Source: a virus
Lineage: Duplodnaviria > Caudoviricetes
Strand: one strand, 5' to 3'
DNA length: 64,000 nucleotides
IMG/VR virus record: IMGVR_UViG_3300025867_000014
Location: 1 to 64,000 of that record
The translations under genes were made by a program, and so were the position numbers. A model generated the notes under the pieces. It made no database searches and had not been told where the DNA came from. It saw nothing but the letters and a program-made list of their open reading frames with translations. Shown here piece after piece: positions 1-9,852 of the stretch (positions are counted from its first letter, which is position 1; each line of letters starts with the position of its first letter).

Positions 1-24
1 TTTTTTTTTTTGGAATTTTCCTAA

Positions 25-127
25 CTAGTATGATACTAGTATTTTTCTTATTCTAGTATTAATTCTTCTAGTATTTTACTGTTCTAGTATTTATTACTGT
101 ATTCTTAGGTACTAGTATATACTAGTT
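25..127. repeat. Cluster of CTAGTAT heptamers in AT-rich intergenic DNA
   Basis: Exact CTAGTAT at 25, 36, 53, 68, 84, 112; CTAGTT at 122; non-coding, upstream of tube gene. Confidence 0.8.
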
Positions 128-224
128 CTGGATACTGGGTCAGTAAAAAAATAAAGAAAATTTATGACATTATCAACAAAAAGTGAAAATAATTTTTGAA
201 AAGTCAGTTTTTTTAAAAAAGGTA

Positions 225-231
225 TATTTAT
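225..231 (+). promoter_or_regulatory. Putative late promoter motif TATTTAT (representative copy)
   Basis: Same heptamer 11-52 nt upstream of starts at 225, 834, 2907, 5094, 15874, 18162, 23432, 26062, 27109, 29446, 37110, 47717, 51000, 53747, 60423, 62024. Confidence 0.7.
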
Positions 232-270
232 AATAAAGAAAATAAACACTAAAATTAAAAATTTTATCAA

Positions 271-759
271 ATGGCAGATTTACTAATGAAAATGCCGGTT
301 CCTTACGAACCAAAAAGAGTTAACAGATTTATCGTTAGATTTCCTTCTTCTTTAGGTATCAACGAGTGGTATGTCACATCAGCCGCAAGACCAAGTGCAA
401 AAATAAATTCAGTCCCAATTCCGTTTTTGAATACATCAACATATGTTGCTGGTAGATTTGAATGGAACGAATTAAGGGTGACATTTAGAGACCCAATCGG
501 GCCTTCAGCTGCACAGGCATTGATGGAATGGTTCAGATTACACGCTGAATCTGTTACTGGTCGTATGGGTTACGCTGCCGGTTACAAGAAAGATATTGAG
601 CTTGAAATGCTCGACCCAACTGGAGTGGTAGTTGAAAAATGGATTCTTCAAGGAACATTTATCACCGATCTTAACTTCAATGAATTGGATTATTCAAGAG
701 ACGATTTGGCAACTATCACCGCTTCATTGCGTATGGATAGATGTATCCAAGTTTATTGA
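271..759 (+). CDS. Tail tube protein (T4 gp19-like)
   Basis: 162 aa; YEPKRVNRFIVRFP...GRFEWNELRVTFRD...EKWILQGTFITDLNFNELDY pattern of myovirus tube proteins; precedes chaperone and tape measure. Confidence 0.85.
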   Translation: MADLLMKMPVPYEPKRVNRFIVRFPSSLGINEWYVTSAARPSAKINSVPIPFLNTSTYVAGRFEWNELRVTFRDPIGPSAAQALMEWFRLHAESVTGRMGYAAGYKKDIELEMLDPTGVVVEKWILQGTFITDLNFNELDYSRDDLATITASLRMDRCIQVY

Positions 760-822
760 TTTGGTAATCAATTAATTATATTTTCTTTAAGAAAAATATA
801 TCTGTCCATTTATAGTTAACTT

Positions 823-866
823 AAATTTCCATATATTTATTATAAAAAGTAAGTATATGGAAATTT
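823..866 (+). promoter_or_regulatory. Hairpin containing TATTTAT and sequestering the ATG of the endonuclease gene
   Basis: Arms aaatttccatatat (823-836) / gtatatggaaattt (853-866), 13 WC + 1 G-U; ATG 857 in 3' arm. Confidence 0.7.
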
Positions 867-1750
867 TTGTTTGTAAGATATGTCAAAAAGAATGTAAAAG
901 CATATTAAGCTTAAGAAGTCATTCAGCGTTAGCACACGGAATAAATTCTGAAACTATATATGTTGATTATGTATTAAACGGTAACAGACCGAAATGTGTT
1001 TGCGGGTGTGGACAAGAAACATCATTTATTTCGATAAGAAAAGGGTTTTCAAAATTTATTCAGTCACATCATAACCGAATTCCAGGAAAAAATAATTTTC
1101 ATAAAAATCCAAACACACATAAGAAAGCAATTGCAACACAAAAAGAAAATTGGAAATTAGGAAAGTACAAGGGATGGTGGGAAAATGATAATGAAGAAAC
1201 AAGGCAAAAAATAGAAGGAATAAAAGAAAAAATTAGAAATGATAAAGAAAGAGGAAATAAAATTTCGAAATCATTAACAGGGGTATTAAAAACAAAAAAA
1301 TGTAAAGAGAAAATATCCAAAACACAGAAAGAAAGGTTTAAAAACAACCCACAAATAAAAGTTGAACTGTCCAAAAAAAGAATAAATTGGTTAAAAAGAA
1401 AACAAAAGAAAGATAAAACTGAATTAGAAAATAAATTCGAATCTATATTAGATTTACTTAACATTAGAAATGAATTTCAATATGAGTATAAACATAGATT
1501 GTTCGACTATTATTTAAACGATTATGATATAATTGTAGAAGTTGACGGTGATTTCTATCATTGTAATCCAGAAAAATATCCAATCCCAATATATGAAGTA
1601 CAAAAAATAACATTAAAAAATGATAAATATAAAGATACTCTTTGTAAAAAACACAATAAAACTTTATTACGGTATTGGGAAAAGGATATAAATGAAAGAC
1701 CTGAATGGATTATTGCAGATTTAAAAGAGAAGATAAACTTTACTTTGTGA
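857..1750 (+). CDS. Free-standing putative homing endonuclease: C2H2 Zn finger + CxCGC + Vsr/DUF559-like nuclease
   Basis: CKICQKEC..H..LAH, PKCVCGCG; C-terminal FDYYL..IIVEVDGDFYHCNP..NDKYK..LLRYWE. Confidence 0.7.
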   Translation: MEIFVCKICQKECKSILSLRSHSALAHGINSETIYVDYVLNGNRPKCVCGCGQETSFISIRKGFSKFIQSHHNRIPGKNNFHKNPNTHKKAIATQKENWKLGKYKGWWENDNEETRQKIEGIKEKIRNDKERGNKISKSLTGVLKTKKCKEKISKTQKERFKNNPQIKVELSKKRINWLKRKQKKDKTELENKFESILDLLNIRNEFQYEYKHRLFDYYLNDYDIIVEVDGDFYHCNPEKYPIPIYEVQKITLKNDKYKDTLCKKHNKTLLRYWEKDINERPEWIIADLKEKINFTL

Positions 1751-1767
1751 TAATTATTAATTAGAAT
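1739..1767 (+). promoter_or_regulatory. Sigma70-like promoter TTTACT-N17-TAGAAT
   Basis: -35 1739-1744, 17-nt spacer, -10 1762-1767, upstream of ATG 1785. Confidence 0.55.
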
Positions 1768-1784
1768 TTCAAAAAAGAAAAATT

Positions 1785-1985
1785 ATGGAACTTACAGCTT
1801 ATTGTCTTAAAACTAAAACAAAAAATGTCCCGTTCAATGGAAAACCTGTTCTTGAGCAAACATCAAAAGGTGGTTATATCCTGAAAGGTGAAGATGAGAA
1901 TGGAAATAAAATGAGCGCAATTATATCAAAGTCAACAGCCGAGGAAGCGATAAAACTTAAATTGGTTGTTGATAATACAAAATAA
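1785..1985 (+). CDS. Small basic protein, DUF5679-like
   Basis: 66 aa; AYCLKTK..KGGY.LKGED..GNKMSAI resembles the DUF5679 layout with most Cys lost. Confidence 0.45.
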   Translation: MELTAYCLKTKTKNVPFNGKPVLEQTSKGGYILKGEDENGNKMSAIISKSTAEEAIKLKLVVDNTK

Positions 1986-1988
1986 AAT

Positions 1989-2774
1989 ATGAATGGTGAA
2001 GAATTAAGAATCGACCCAACAATCGCGTATGATGTAGTCGAACTTCCAAGTAGGGGTATTCATTACGCGAATAAAAAGAAATCAGTAAAAGTTGCGTATC
2101 TAACCGCATCGGATGAAGATATTCTTAGCGCGCCTAATTTAGTTCAATCTAAATCAACAGTATCGGAGCTTTTAAAAAGAAAAATTTTAGACAGGGATTT
2201 ACCGTTTGAAGAAATTGTTGAAGAAGATAAGGAAGCAATTTTAATTTTTCTACGAAATACCGCGTGGGGAACGCAATATAAAATGTATCTGTACGACCCA
2301 AAAATAAAAGAGGGTTATGAATATCTTGACAAAGAAGGTAAATTTGAATATATGGTTGATTTATCAACCGTAAAAATGAAAGATTTTAATTTAAAAGAAG
2401 ATTCAAATGGGGAATATTCTTATTATTTAGATAAATCCAAAGTTAATATTACATTTAAATTTTTATCTAAACCACAAGAAATTGAGATTTCAAAAATTAA
2501 AGATAGTTGGAATGGAAATGGGGTGCCGCCATTAAAAACAAAGGAACTTGAAATGATGATAAAATCGGTTGGTGGAATTAGAGACCCAATGCAGATTAGA
2601 TCCTTTATTGTGGATAAAATGCCAATTAAAGATTCACAAGATTTTAGAGCATTTGTTGAAGAAAATAAACCGGGGTTAGATTTAACCCAAAAAGTAATTG
2701 CCCCATCTGGAGAAGAAATTACCGCGTATATCGGTTTTGGGGTCGAATTTTTTCGCCCTTTCTACGGATTATAA
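1989..2774 (+). CDS. Tail assembly chaperone / T4 gp26-like hub assembly protein
   Basis: 261 aa; VVELPSRGIHY..VKVAYLTASDEDIL..D.EAILIFLRNTAWG; lies between tube and tape measure. Confidence 0.7.
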   Translation: MNGEELRIDPTIAYDVVELPSRGIHYANKKKSVKVAYLTASDEDILSAPNLVQSKSTVSELLKRKILDRDLPFEEIVEEDKEAILIFLRNTAWGTQYKMYLYDPKIKEGYEYLDKEGKFEYMVDLSTVKMKDFNLKEDSNGEYSYYLDKSKVNITFKFLSKPQEIEISKIKDSWNGNGVPPLKTKELEMMIKSVGGIRDPMQIRSFIVDKMPIKDSQDFRAFVEENKPGLDLTQKVIAPSGEEITAYIGFGVEFFRPFYGL

Positions 2775-2904
2775 AAAAATACAATTAGACGAAATTTTAT
2801 TCCTTATAAAACGAGGATTTTCATATTCCGATATTCGATCTATGCCAATATATATTCGAAGATATTTCATTCAATATATACACGAGAGAGAAAATGAAGG
2901 ATAA
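2755..2904 (+). CDS. Frameshift extension (GT-like) of the chaperone, +1 frame
   Basis: ALSTDYKKIQLDEILFLIKRGFSYSDIRSMPIYIRRYFIQ reads as real protein only from the TTTTTTC site onward; no plausible own start. Confidence 0.6.
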   Translation, partial: ALSTDYKKIQLDEILFLIKRGFSYSDIRSMPIYIRRYFIQYIHERENEG

Positions 2905-2931
2905 TCTATTTATATAAAAACATAGATAACG

Positions 2932-4773
2932 ATGGCTCTCAGTACGCTAGAAAAAGCAGCATTAAAAGGTATTAAAGAATTTGAAGAAGCATATCTTGAT
3001 GAAGTGTTTGGTAAAACACCATTAACAGCATCAACTGCCGAACATAGTGCGGCTACCGCGGCATATTCTGGATATTTAGCGGCGGCAAAAAGTGGTGGGA
3101 AAGCTAGCGCAGGTAGTAGTGGGGGAAATGAAGGGCCGTTGGATTTACCAGCAATAATAAAAGATGCTATTAAAGGTCAAACAATTACTGGAAAAGGGAG
3201 TTATGACAAAGAATTTGTTGAAATTGAAGACCTATACAATATGGTTACTAATAAAGCAACTGGAAAGTTAAAGAGCGTTGCTGACATTGCCTTATCAATC
3301 ATAGATCAGGGTCTTCGCGGTTTAGCCACATACTATACAGAACAAGCCAGTTTACAAAATATGATTAACGAAAAAACATCGTTAACTGGCGATATGTCAA
3401 AGGATTTCCGTGATAGTATAATGGAAGCCTCTGTATATGGTAATCGTTTAGGAATATCCTTTGATACGATTGCCGATGGTATGGTTCAATTAATTAAAGA
3501 ATCAGGAAGATTTAAATTAATTAGTGAATCTACAATCAACAATATTTCATTACAAAGTAAAGTATTTTTTGACTCGTTTGCGGATGCAGTAACATCAATT
3601 GAACAATTTCAGAATGTTGCAAGAGGTGCTGATGATACAATGAGGGCAGTCGAAAAGGCTGGAAAATCAACATTAGAACTTGGATTAAATGCAAAAACAA
3701 CCGTTAGCACACTTGTAACCAACATAGACAAATTAAATCAATTCGGATTTAAAAATGGAATCGAAGGATTGACTAGAATGGTTCAAAAGGCACAGGCGTT
3801 AAGAATGGATTTAAACTCAGCATTTAATTTGGCGGAAAAAGTTATGGATCCTACCAACGCATTATCATTGGCGGCAAATTTACAGGTAATTGGTGGTGCA
3901 TTGGGTGATTTTAATGACCCTATAAAGATGATGTGGATGGCAACAAATAATGTCGAAGGATTACAGGACGCATTAGCACAAAGTGCTGAAAGTTTGGCAA
4001 CATTTAATTCCGAATCGGGGGCATTTGAAGTCGTTGGCGCGGATTTAAGAAGGGCGAGAGCAATGGCTGACCAATTAGGAATGAGTTTGAAGGATGTAAC
4101 CAATTTAGCGGTTCAATCGGCACAAAGAACATCAGCCGCCGCTGATTTAATGTCGAGCGGTATTGTAATGAAAGAAGAAGATAGGGAATTTTTAACCAAT
4201 ATTGCTCAAATGAAGGGTGGAAAAATGGTTATTGAAACTAAAGACCAAAACGGGCAAGCCGTTCAGGTTGCGTTGGATTCTTTAACACAAAAACAAGCAG
4301 ATTATTTGTTGTCACAAAAGGAACAATTTAAAGAAATGTCCACAATGGATATAGCAAAACAACAAGTGAGTTTGATTGAAAATGTGAAAAGGGATGTATC
4401 ATTCTTGGCTGCCGCCGCTAGAGTTCAATTAGGTAAAGGATTTACACAAGTATTTGAAGCAGGTGGATATGATCCAATCGTAGCAATGAAAGCAAATAAG
4501 GAATTGGCAGATGAAACACAAAAAGGAATGGCAGAATTTTTTGGTCAAGGAATCGATGAATTAAAAACTTTGGTTTCTGGTAAAGAAGAACCAAAATCAC
4601 GAAGACCTGATTATTCAACACCACCAACTACAACAGGGAATATGAATTTTACATATACTTTTAAATCTGGCGGCCCAATGTTTGACGATTTTATGAGATA
4701 TGCAATGAATAATCCAGAATTTAAGCAAGTATTTGAAACAAATCAAAGATCGTATTTGAATTCATTACAATGA
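2932..4773 (+). CDS. Tape measure protein
   Basis: 613 aa Ala/Gly-rich helical; position directly after chaperone genes. Confidence 0.7.
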   Translation: MALSTLEKAALKGIKEFEEAYLDEVFGKTPLTASTAEHSAATAAYSGYLAAAKSGGKASAGSSGGNEGPLDLPAIIKDAIKGQTITGKGSYDKEFVEIEDLYNMVTNKATGKLKSVADIALSIIDQGLRGLATYYTEQASLQNMINEKTSLTGDMSKDFRDSIMEASVYGNRLGISFDTIADGMVQLIKESGRFKLISESTINNISLQSKVFFDSFADAVTSIEQFQNVARGADDTMRAVEKAGKSTLELGLNAKTTVSTLVTNIDKLNQFGFKNGIEGLTRMVQKAQALRMDLNSAFNLAEKVMDPTNALSLAANLQVIGGALGDFNDPIKMMWMATNNVEGLQDALAQSAESLATFNSESGAFEVVGADLRRARAMADQLGMSLKDVTNLAVQSAQRTSAAADLMSSGIVMKEEDREFLTNIAQMKGGKMVIETKDQNGQAVQVALDSLTQKQADYLLSQKEQFKEMSTMDIAKQQVSLIENVKRDVSFLAAAARVQLGKGFTQVFEAGGYDPIVAMKANKELADETQKGMAEFFGQGIDELKTLVSGKEEPKSRRPDYSTPPTTTGNMNFTYTFKSGGPMFDDFMRYAMNNPEFKQVFETNQRSYLNSLQ

Positions 4774-5078
4774 AATATATCTATTTAATAAAAAATTCTG
4801 AAGACGACACCTATAAAATTGGTGTGGCAAAAAATCCTAGAAAACGAGTTGGACAACTTCAAACGGGTAATTCCTCGGAATTATTATTAATTGATACATA
4901 CGAAACAGATAATGCTCATAAAATTGAAAAGATATTACACAGGCGTTACTCACATTTACGAAAACAAGGTGAATGGTTTTCTTTTTCTTTAATCGAACAA
5001 TTTAATTTTCTTAATGATTGTAAAAAAATAGAAGAAACAATTACAATTTTACGAGAAAATGGGAATGTTTTTGCGTAA
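4770..5078 (+). CDS. GIY-YIG-like (T5orf172/MUG113) nuclease-family protein
   Basis: YIYLIK..YKIGVAKNPRKRVGQLQTGN..EKILH..GEWF; ATGA overlap with TMP stop. Confidence 0.8.
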   Translation: MKYIYLIKNSEDDTYKIGVAKNPRKRVGQLQTGNSSELLLIDTYETDNAHKIEKILHRRYSHLRKQGEWFSFSLIEQFNFLNDCKKIEETITILRENGNVFA

Positions 5079-5115
5079 AATTCAGTATATACCTATTTAT
5101 TTATAAAAGAAAATA

Positions 5116-8100
5116 ATGCCAACCTATTTAGATTTTAATTCAACAAAGAATTTTAGGGATTTTATGATAGGTAAAACCTTGAATGTCCCAAATGGGCCTC
5201 AAACCTTTACCAGTCAAAACTATATCATTCAGGGCACAAATGACTATGCAAATGTTGACCCTGGCGATGTTACAACAAATAGGGATCAAGAATTATTACA
5301 AACACAAAATTCAAATATATTTAAACCTCTTGAGTATTGGGTAACAGAAAGTTTAAATACCCTGCCAAGACGAGCCAATTTGAATTTGTATCCATATTTC
5401 GTTCCGGGCGAATATTCATTGGTTAGTATTATGGCCACCGACAATTACGATACCGAATCGGTATTAATGCAATTTGCTGCATATAACATCAAAAACAATG
5501 AAAATGGGCCTGTTTTTGCAAGAATTCAACAAAATCTATACGCAGCAACGGTTGGTAGAGTAAGATTAATCGATGCAATTGAAGGTAATTTGGCAACCGC
5601 TCTGAATATTATTATGGGTAGGGAGCCTTTGATTGAATATAACACCAAAATCACTGTTGCAAAGACAACACTTGGTAAAGCGGTTGACTTTTTACAAACA
5701 GTTTCAGGTACAGAATGGCCGTTTAGTGAAATTCCGGGGGATTATTTATCAAATCCAATACACCCAATTGTAAACAGACCAGCAGCCGAAACAGAAGGTC
5801 AGGCGTTTATGCAAGACCTTACTGGCGCACTTGGTTCAATGATAGGTATTCAAAGAAGACCATTGGAAAGTAGAAAACCTTCTGATTTATTTATTGAGTA
5901 TACAGGTTCAGGGCCAAGACAGGCATTATTTGATAGTTTATCATATTCAAAATATGCACCAAACTATACCACAACGGCAAGGTCACAAAATACATCAAAA
6001 GTATTCAATTTTATTGACAAGGTAGGCGCGAGCGTTAATAAACTTTTCGGTTTAGAAGCGCCAGCAGGCGTTGCATATATCGGTGATGATAGAGGGGAAG
6101 ATGTGAAGTATGCAATGGGTGATTTTAATGATAATTTGATAAAAAGCCCGTGGTATGTAAGTTTAATGTTCGACCCTATCCAAACAAGACTATTTCAAGG
6201 TGAAAAGAATGTTGGTGAAGGTGGAGAACTTGGCGGTAGATTAGTATGGATTAGTAAAAATTCGAAAAATAAACTTGGAGCAAATAATGCGGAGTATTCG
6301 GATGAAGCACCTGATATTGAGAATGGGTTATCAACCAAATTTACATTTAGGGACGGGTCTATTTTACGAAAAACCCAAGATATTTTAAATACATTACCAA
6401 CAAACGGTGGTGAATCCCGCTCACATGTGGCGAACGCAATAGACCAAACAAGTAGAGTATTCAGGGAAGGTGATATAATGTTGTCTAGGGGGTCTGCAAT
6501 CAAGTATATCGACCAATTTACCGGGGAAGAAAGTGGTGTTGAGTATTGTAGGGTATGGACAAAAGATAGGTCATACTTCAATATGTCCGATTTAATGAAA
6601 AATACTGAATTAATCAGAAACCAAAACATTCCTGAAGCAAATGGTTCGGTATTAGATAGGTCATATAACTTAAACATATACCCAAATTCCAATGGAAATA
6701 AAGATTTTCAGGGGTCTACTAATATTGTTGAAGGAGCAAATGGTTTCTTTGCGAAGAAATATATGTTTTCAATTGAAAATCTGGCTTGGAGAACATCAAA
6801 TGTCCCGGGGTTTACCTATGCGGATTTACCATATTGTGAAAGAGGCCCAAATGGTGGCCGTGTTATGTGGTTTCCACCATATGATTTGAAGGTAACAGAA
6901 CAAAATAGTGCCAGATGGGAAGAAAATACCTTCTTGGGAAGACCCGAACCCGTTTATACATACCAAAATACAACAAGAAATGGTACGGTTTCATTTAAAG
7001 TTATCGTTGACCACCCAAGTATATTAAATTTACTAGTTCGTGACCATTTTAAAGATATGTCGGACGAGGAAGCCGATAATTACATCAATGCGTTTTTTGC
7101 TGGATGTGAAAATGTTGATTTTTATGATTTAATCAGAAGATATACAACCTTAACAAAGGATGATGTACAAAGAATACAAGCATATTTGAATGCTGGCAAG
7201 GATCCTAAAACAATTACAATGTATAAATCGGTTCTTGAACCTGTTAAAGATGATAATAAACCGGGAACGCAAAATCAAAGTGGGGGGAATACACCAGAAA
7301 CGCCAACAAGTGGAACAGGATCACCAATTAAGGTATCATTATACTTTAAAAACGATTTTCCTGACCCCGGAACTAAATCAAAAACAAGTAGTGCCAATTA
7401 TACATCATTATATAATGATTATTCATCAACAGAAGGTGAATTAGCATATACAAAAGACTTGGATGAAGGGTTGCACATATTATTCAATCACAGTTCAGGT
7501 ACAGGAAAAACAAACGATATTTCTTTATTGTATGGTCAAACAACAATAGACCCATCAAAGATAAGTGCAGCAACTGGAACAACATCAATCCAAATATCAG
7601 ATGCGTTTGATAAGTTAAGAGCAAATTATGCAATATATGATAGTAAATTAACTGAGATAAAAGGACAATTAGGGGAGAAAAAAGTAAAAGAAATAAAAGT
7701 AAAGTTGGAATCGTCCTGTTCTTCGGTTGCTGAAACGGATTATAATGTAAACTTATCATATAGAAGAAGCCACTCAATTATTAAAGACATATTAACTAAA
7801 TTAGCGTCAGGGTCAACAATACCAACGGTTTCTTGGCCAGTAAATGGTACGCAAATTGACCCAATAACATTTAAAAGTCTTGGATATGACTTCGATGGAC
7901 AAATTACATTTGAAAAAATCAATAATGTAGGTGAGACACTAACAGAAGGAAACACAATATTTCCTTCAACAGTACCGACAACATCAAATGGAAGTGGGTG
8001 TTTTAATAAAAATTTTTATACATCAAAAAACCTAAAAAGAACCGCCCCAATTACATTCTTTTGTCGCGAAACATCTGTTGAAATTACTCCGACAATAATA

Positions 8101-9852
8101 AGCACAAACGAAACCACATCCAATGTTGTTCCTAACACGACAACGAACATACCAAAGGTAATATTAACACCAGTTAATACAATACCGCCACCAAATAGGA
8201 AACCACCAATGGATGAGTTGAAAAGGATTATAATGAAAACCTTATCTGAGTGTTATTATTTTAAGAAATTCGAAGAAGATTCACCTGTGGCGTTCAATTC
8301 ATTAAGGGAAAAATTTAGATATTTCCATCCAGCGTTTCACTCGATGACACCTGAAGGATTAAATGCTAGATTGACATTCCTAAATCAATGTATTAGACCG
8401 GGTGACACTATTCCAATCAAAGGAATAAGTGATGTAAACGATTTAAACGCAAGAAACACAACATTCGGCCCTCCGCCAATTTGTGTTATGAGAATTGGTG
8501 ATTTTTATCATTCTAAAGTGGCAATCAGGGATGTTAATATATCATTTGAAGATAGTCCGTGGGATTTAAACCCCGAAGGAATCGGTATTCAACCAATGAT
8601 TGCGAATGTAACATTACAAGTTAGTTTCATTGGGGGTCACGGGCTTGAAAAACCTGTTGAGTTATTACAAAATGCGTTGTCATCTAATTTCTATGCAAAT
8701 ACTGAAATGTATGATTATAGAGCAACCGCAACCGAAGACAGAAGTAAGTTCACCAAAGAGTTTTTGGAAGAATTGATGAAAGAAGCAAATAAAGTTCCAA
8801 CGCCAGACCCAAACACCAATACTGCTAATAATAAAAAGACCGGTGAGTATATTGGTGTTAAAACAACAAATGATACAGGTGGAACATTAAACTACACAAA
8901 GTATGTGACAGATGTTTTTGAAAATACTAAAAAATATTTCAATACACATAGGGACGCATTGAGCGTTATTAGTGCAAACTATGGTGGTGTTGTTGCATCG
9001 ATGTTCTTTTCATCAACATATAGAACCGTTAAGGACTATACCGTTCAAACTGGAGCAGGAACAGAAACTATTGAGATTTTAGGTGAGTATACTAAACAAA
9101 AAGATTTTGGTTCATTTATACAAAACTTCGAAGCAATAATGCTGGATAAGACAAGTAGTACAAATATCAGTACATTAATGAAATTGGATAAGGAATTAGG
9201 TACAGATTTACTTGCAAAATCAGAAACATATCTTAAAACTTTTGTTAGCGACACAATAACACAAATTAGCGACGCATTACTTGCAAATCAATCAATAAAA
9301 GATGTTGAAAGTGCAAGAAATAATCTGATATCCACATTGGACAGATTAAATTTTATAATCCAATGGGAACACGATGGAACATTAACAGACACAGGTTCAA
9401 CTGGAGTTAATTTCACAGGGTACACATCATTTTATGACAAATATGATAATTGCATCGAATATATCAAAGACCATTATGATAAATTGACTAACGATCTTGA
9501 TTTATCATTTGTGTTCACATCTAATGCGACAATGACAGACCAAATATTTTCTGATTTGTTATCAAACTTATTATTTCCGTTCTATCAACAAATTTTAGAT
9601 TTGTATAAAAAAGATGCAGCGTTCAATAACTACATAACAAAAATAGAAAAAAGGGTGGATAAATTTCTTGTTGTGCCAGAGGAAATTGCGGCTGACCTTA
9701 AAAAATTCCCAACCCAAAAAGACACAAATGAAGTGGTGTTTACTATTCAAGATGAAAACTATACCTTTACAGCACAGGAATTAGAAGAATTCACGAAAAT
9801 AATGTCTGCAAAAGTACCATTAGGTTCAACTTTAAATTTTTATAAACCATGA
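5116..9852 (+). CDS. Large baseplate / tube-initiator protein with internal OmpA-like segment
   Basis: 1578 aa; WEENTFLGRPEPVYTYQNTTRNGTVSF and PPICVMRIGDFYHSK tube-initiator-like segments; YF.ND.P...SSCSS...YNVNLSYRRSHSI OmpA-C-like. Confidence 0.55.
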   Translation: MPTYLDFNSTKNFRDFMIGKTLNVPNGPQTFTSQNYIIQGTNDYANVDPGDVTTNRDQELLQTQNSNIFKPLEYWVTESLNTLPRRANLNLYPYFVPGEYSLVSIMATDNYDTESVLMQFAAYNIKNNENGPVFARIQQNLYAATVGRVRLIDAIEGNLATALNIIMGREPLIEYNTKITVAKTTLGKAVDFLQTVSGTEWPFSEIPGDYLSNPIHPIVNRPAAETEGQAFMQDLTGALGSMIGIQRRPLESRKPSDLFIEYTGSGPRQALFDSLSYSKYAPNYTTTARSQNTSKVFNFIDKVGASVNKLFGLEAPAGVAYIGDDRGEDVKYAMGDFNDNLIKSPWYVSLMFDPIQTRLFQGEKNVGEGGELGGRLVWISKNSKNKLGANNAEYSDEAPDIENGLSTKFTFRDGSILRKTQDILNTLPTNGGESRSHVANAIDQTSRVFREGDIMLSRGSAIKYIDQFTGEESGVEYCRVWTKDRSYFNMSDLMKNTELIRNQNIPEANGSVLDRSYNLNIYPNSNGNKDFQGSTNIVEGANGFFAKKYMFSIENLAWRTSNVPGFTYADLPYCERGPNGGRVMWFPPYDLKVTEQNSARWEENTFLGRPEPVYTYQNTTRNGTVSFKVIVDHPSILNLLVRDHFKDMSDEEADNYINAFFAGCENVDFYDLIRRYTTLTKDDVQRIQAYLNAGKDPKTITMYKSVLEPVKDDNKPGTQNQSGGNTPETPTSGTGSPIKVSLYFKNDFPDPGTKSKTSSANYTSLYNDYSSTEGELAYTKDLDEGLHILFNHSSGTGKTNDISLLYGQTTIDPSKISAATGTTSIQISDAFDKLRANYAIYDSKLTEIKGQLGEKKVKEIKVKLESSCSSVAETDYNVNLSYRRSHSIIKDILTKLASGSTIPTVSWPVNGTQIDPITFKSLGYDFDGQITFEKINNVGETLTEGNTIFPSTVPTTSNGSGCFNKNFYTSKNLKRTAPITFFCRETSVEITPTIISTNETTSNVVPNTTTNIPKVILTPVNTIPPPNRKPPMDELKRIIMKTLSECYYFKKFEEDSPVAFNSLREKFRYFHPAFHSMTPEGLNARLTFLNQCIRPGDTIPIKGISDVNDLNARNTTFGPPPICVMRIGDFYHSKVAIRDVNISFEDSPWDLNPEGIGIQPMIANVTLQVSFIGGHGLEKPVELLQNALSSNFYANTEMYDYRATATEDRSKFTKEFLEELMKEANKVPTPDPNTNTANNKKTGEYIGVKTTNDTGGTLNYTKYVTDVFENTKKYFNTHRDALSVISANYGGVVASMFFSSTYRTVKDYTVQTGAGTETIEILGEYTKQKDFGSFIQNFEAIMLDKTSSTNISTLMKLDKELGTDLLAKSETYLKTFVSDTITQISDALLANQSIKDVESARNNLISTLDRLNFIIQWEHDGTLTDTGSTGVNFTGYTSFYDKYDNCIEYIKDHYDKLTNDLDLSFVFTSNATMTDQIFSDLLSNLLFPFYQQILDLYKKDAAFNNYITKIEKRVDKFLVVPEEIAADLKKFPTQKDTNEVVFTIQDENYTFTAQELEEFTKIMSAKVPLGSTLNFYKP

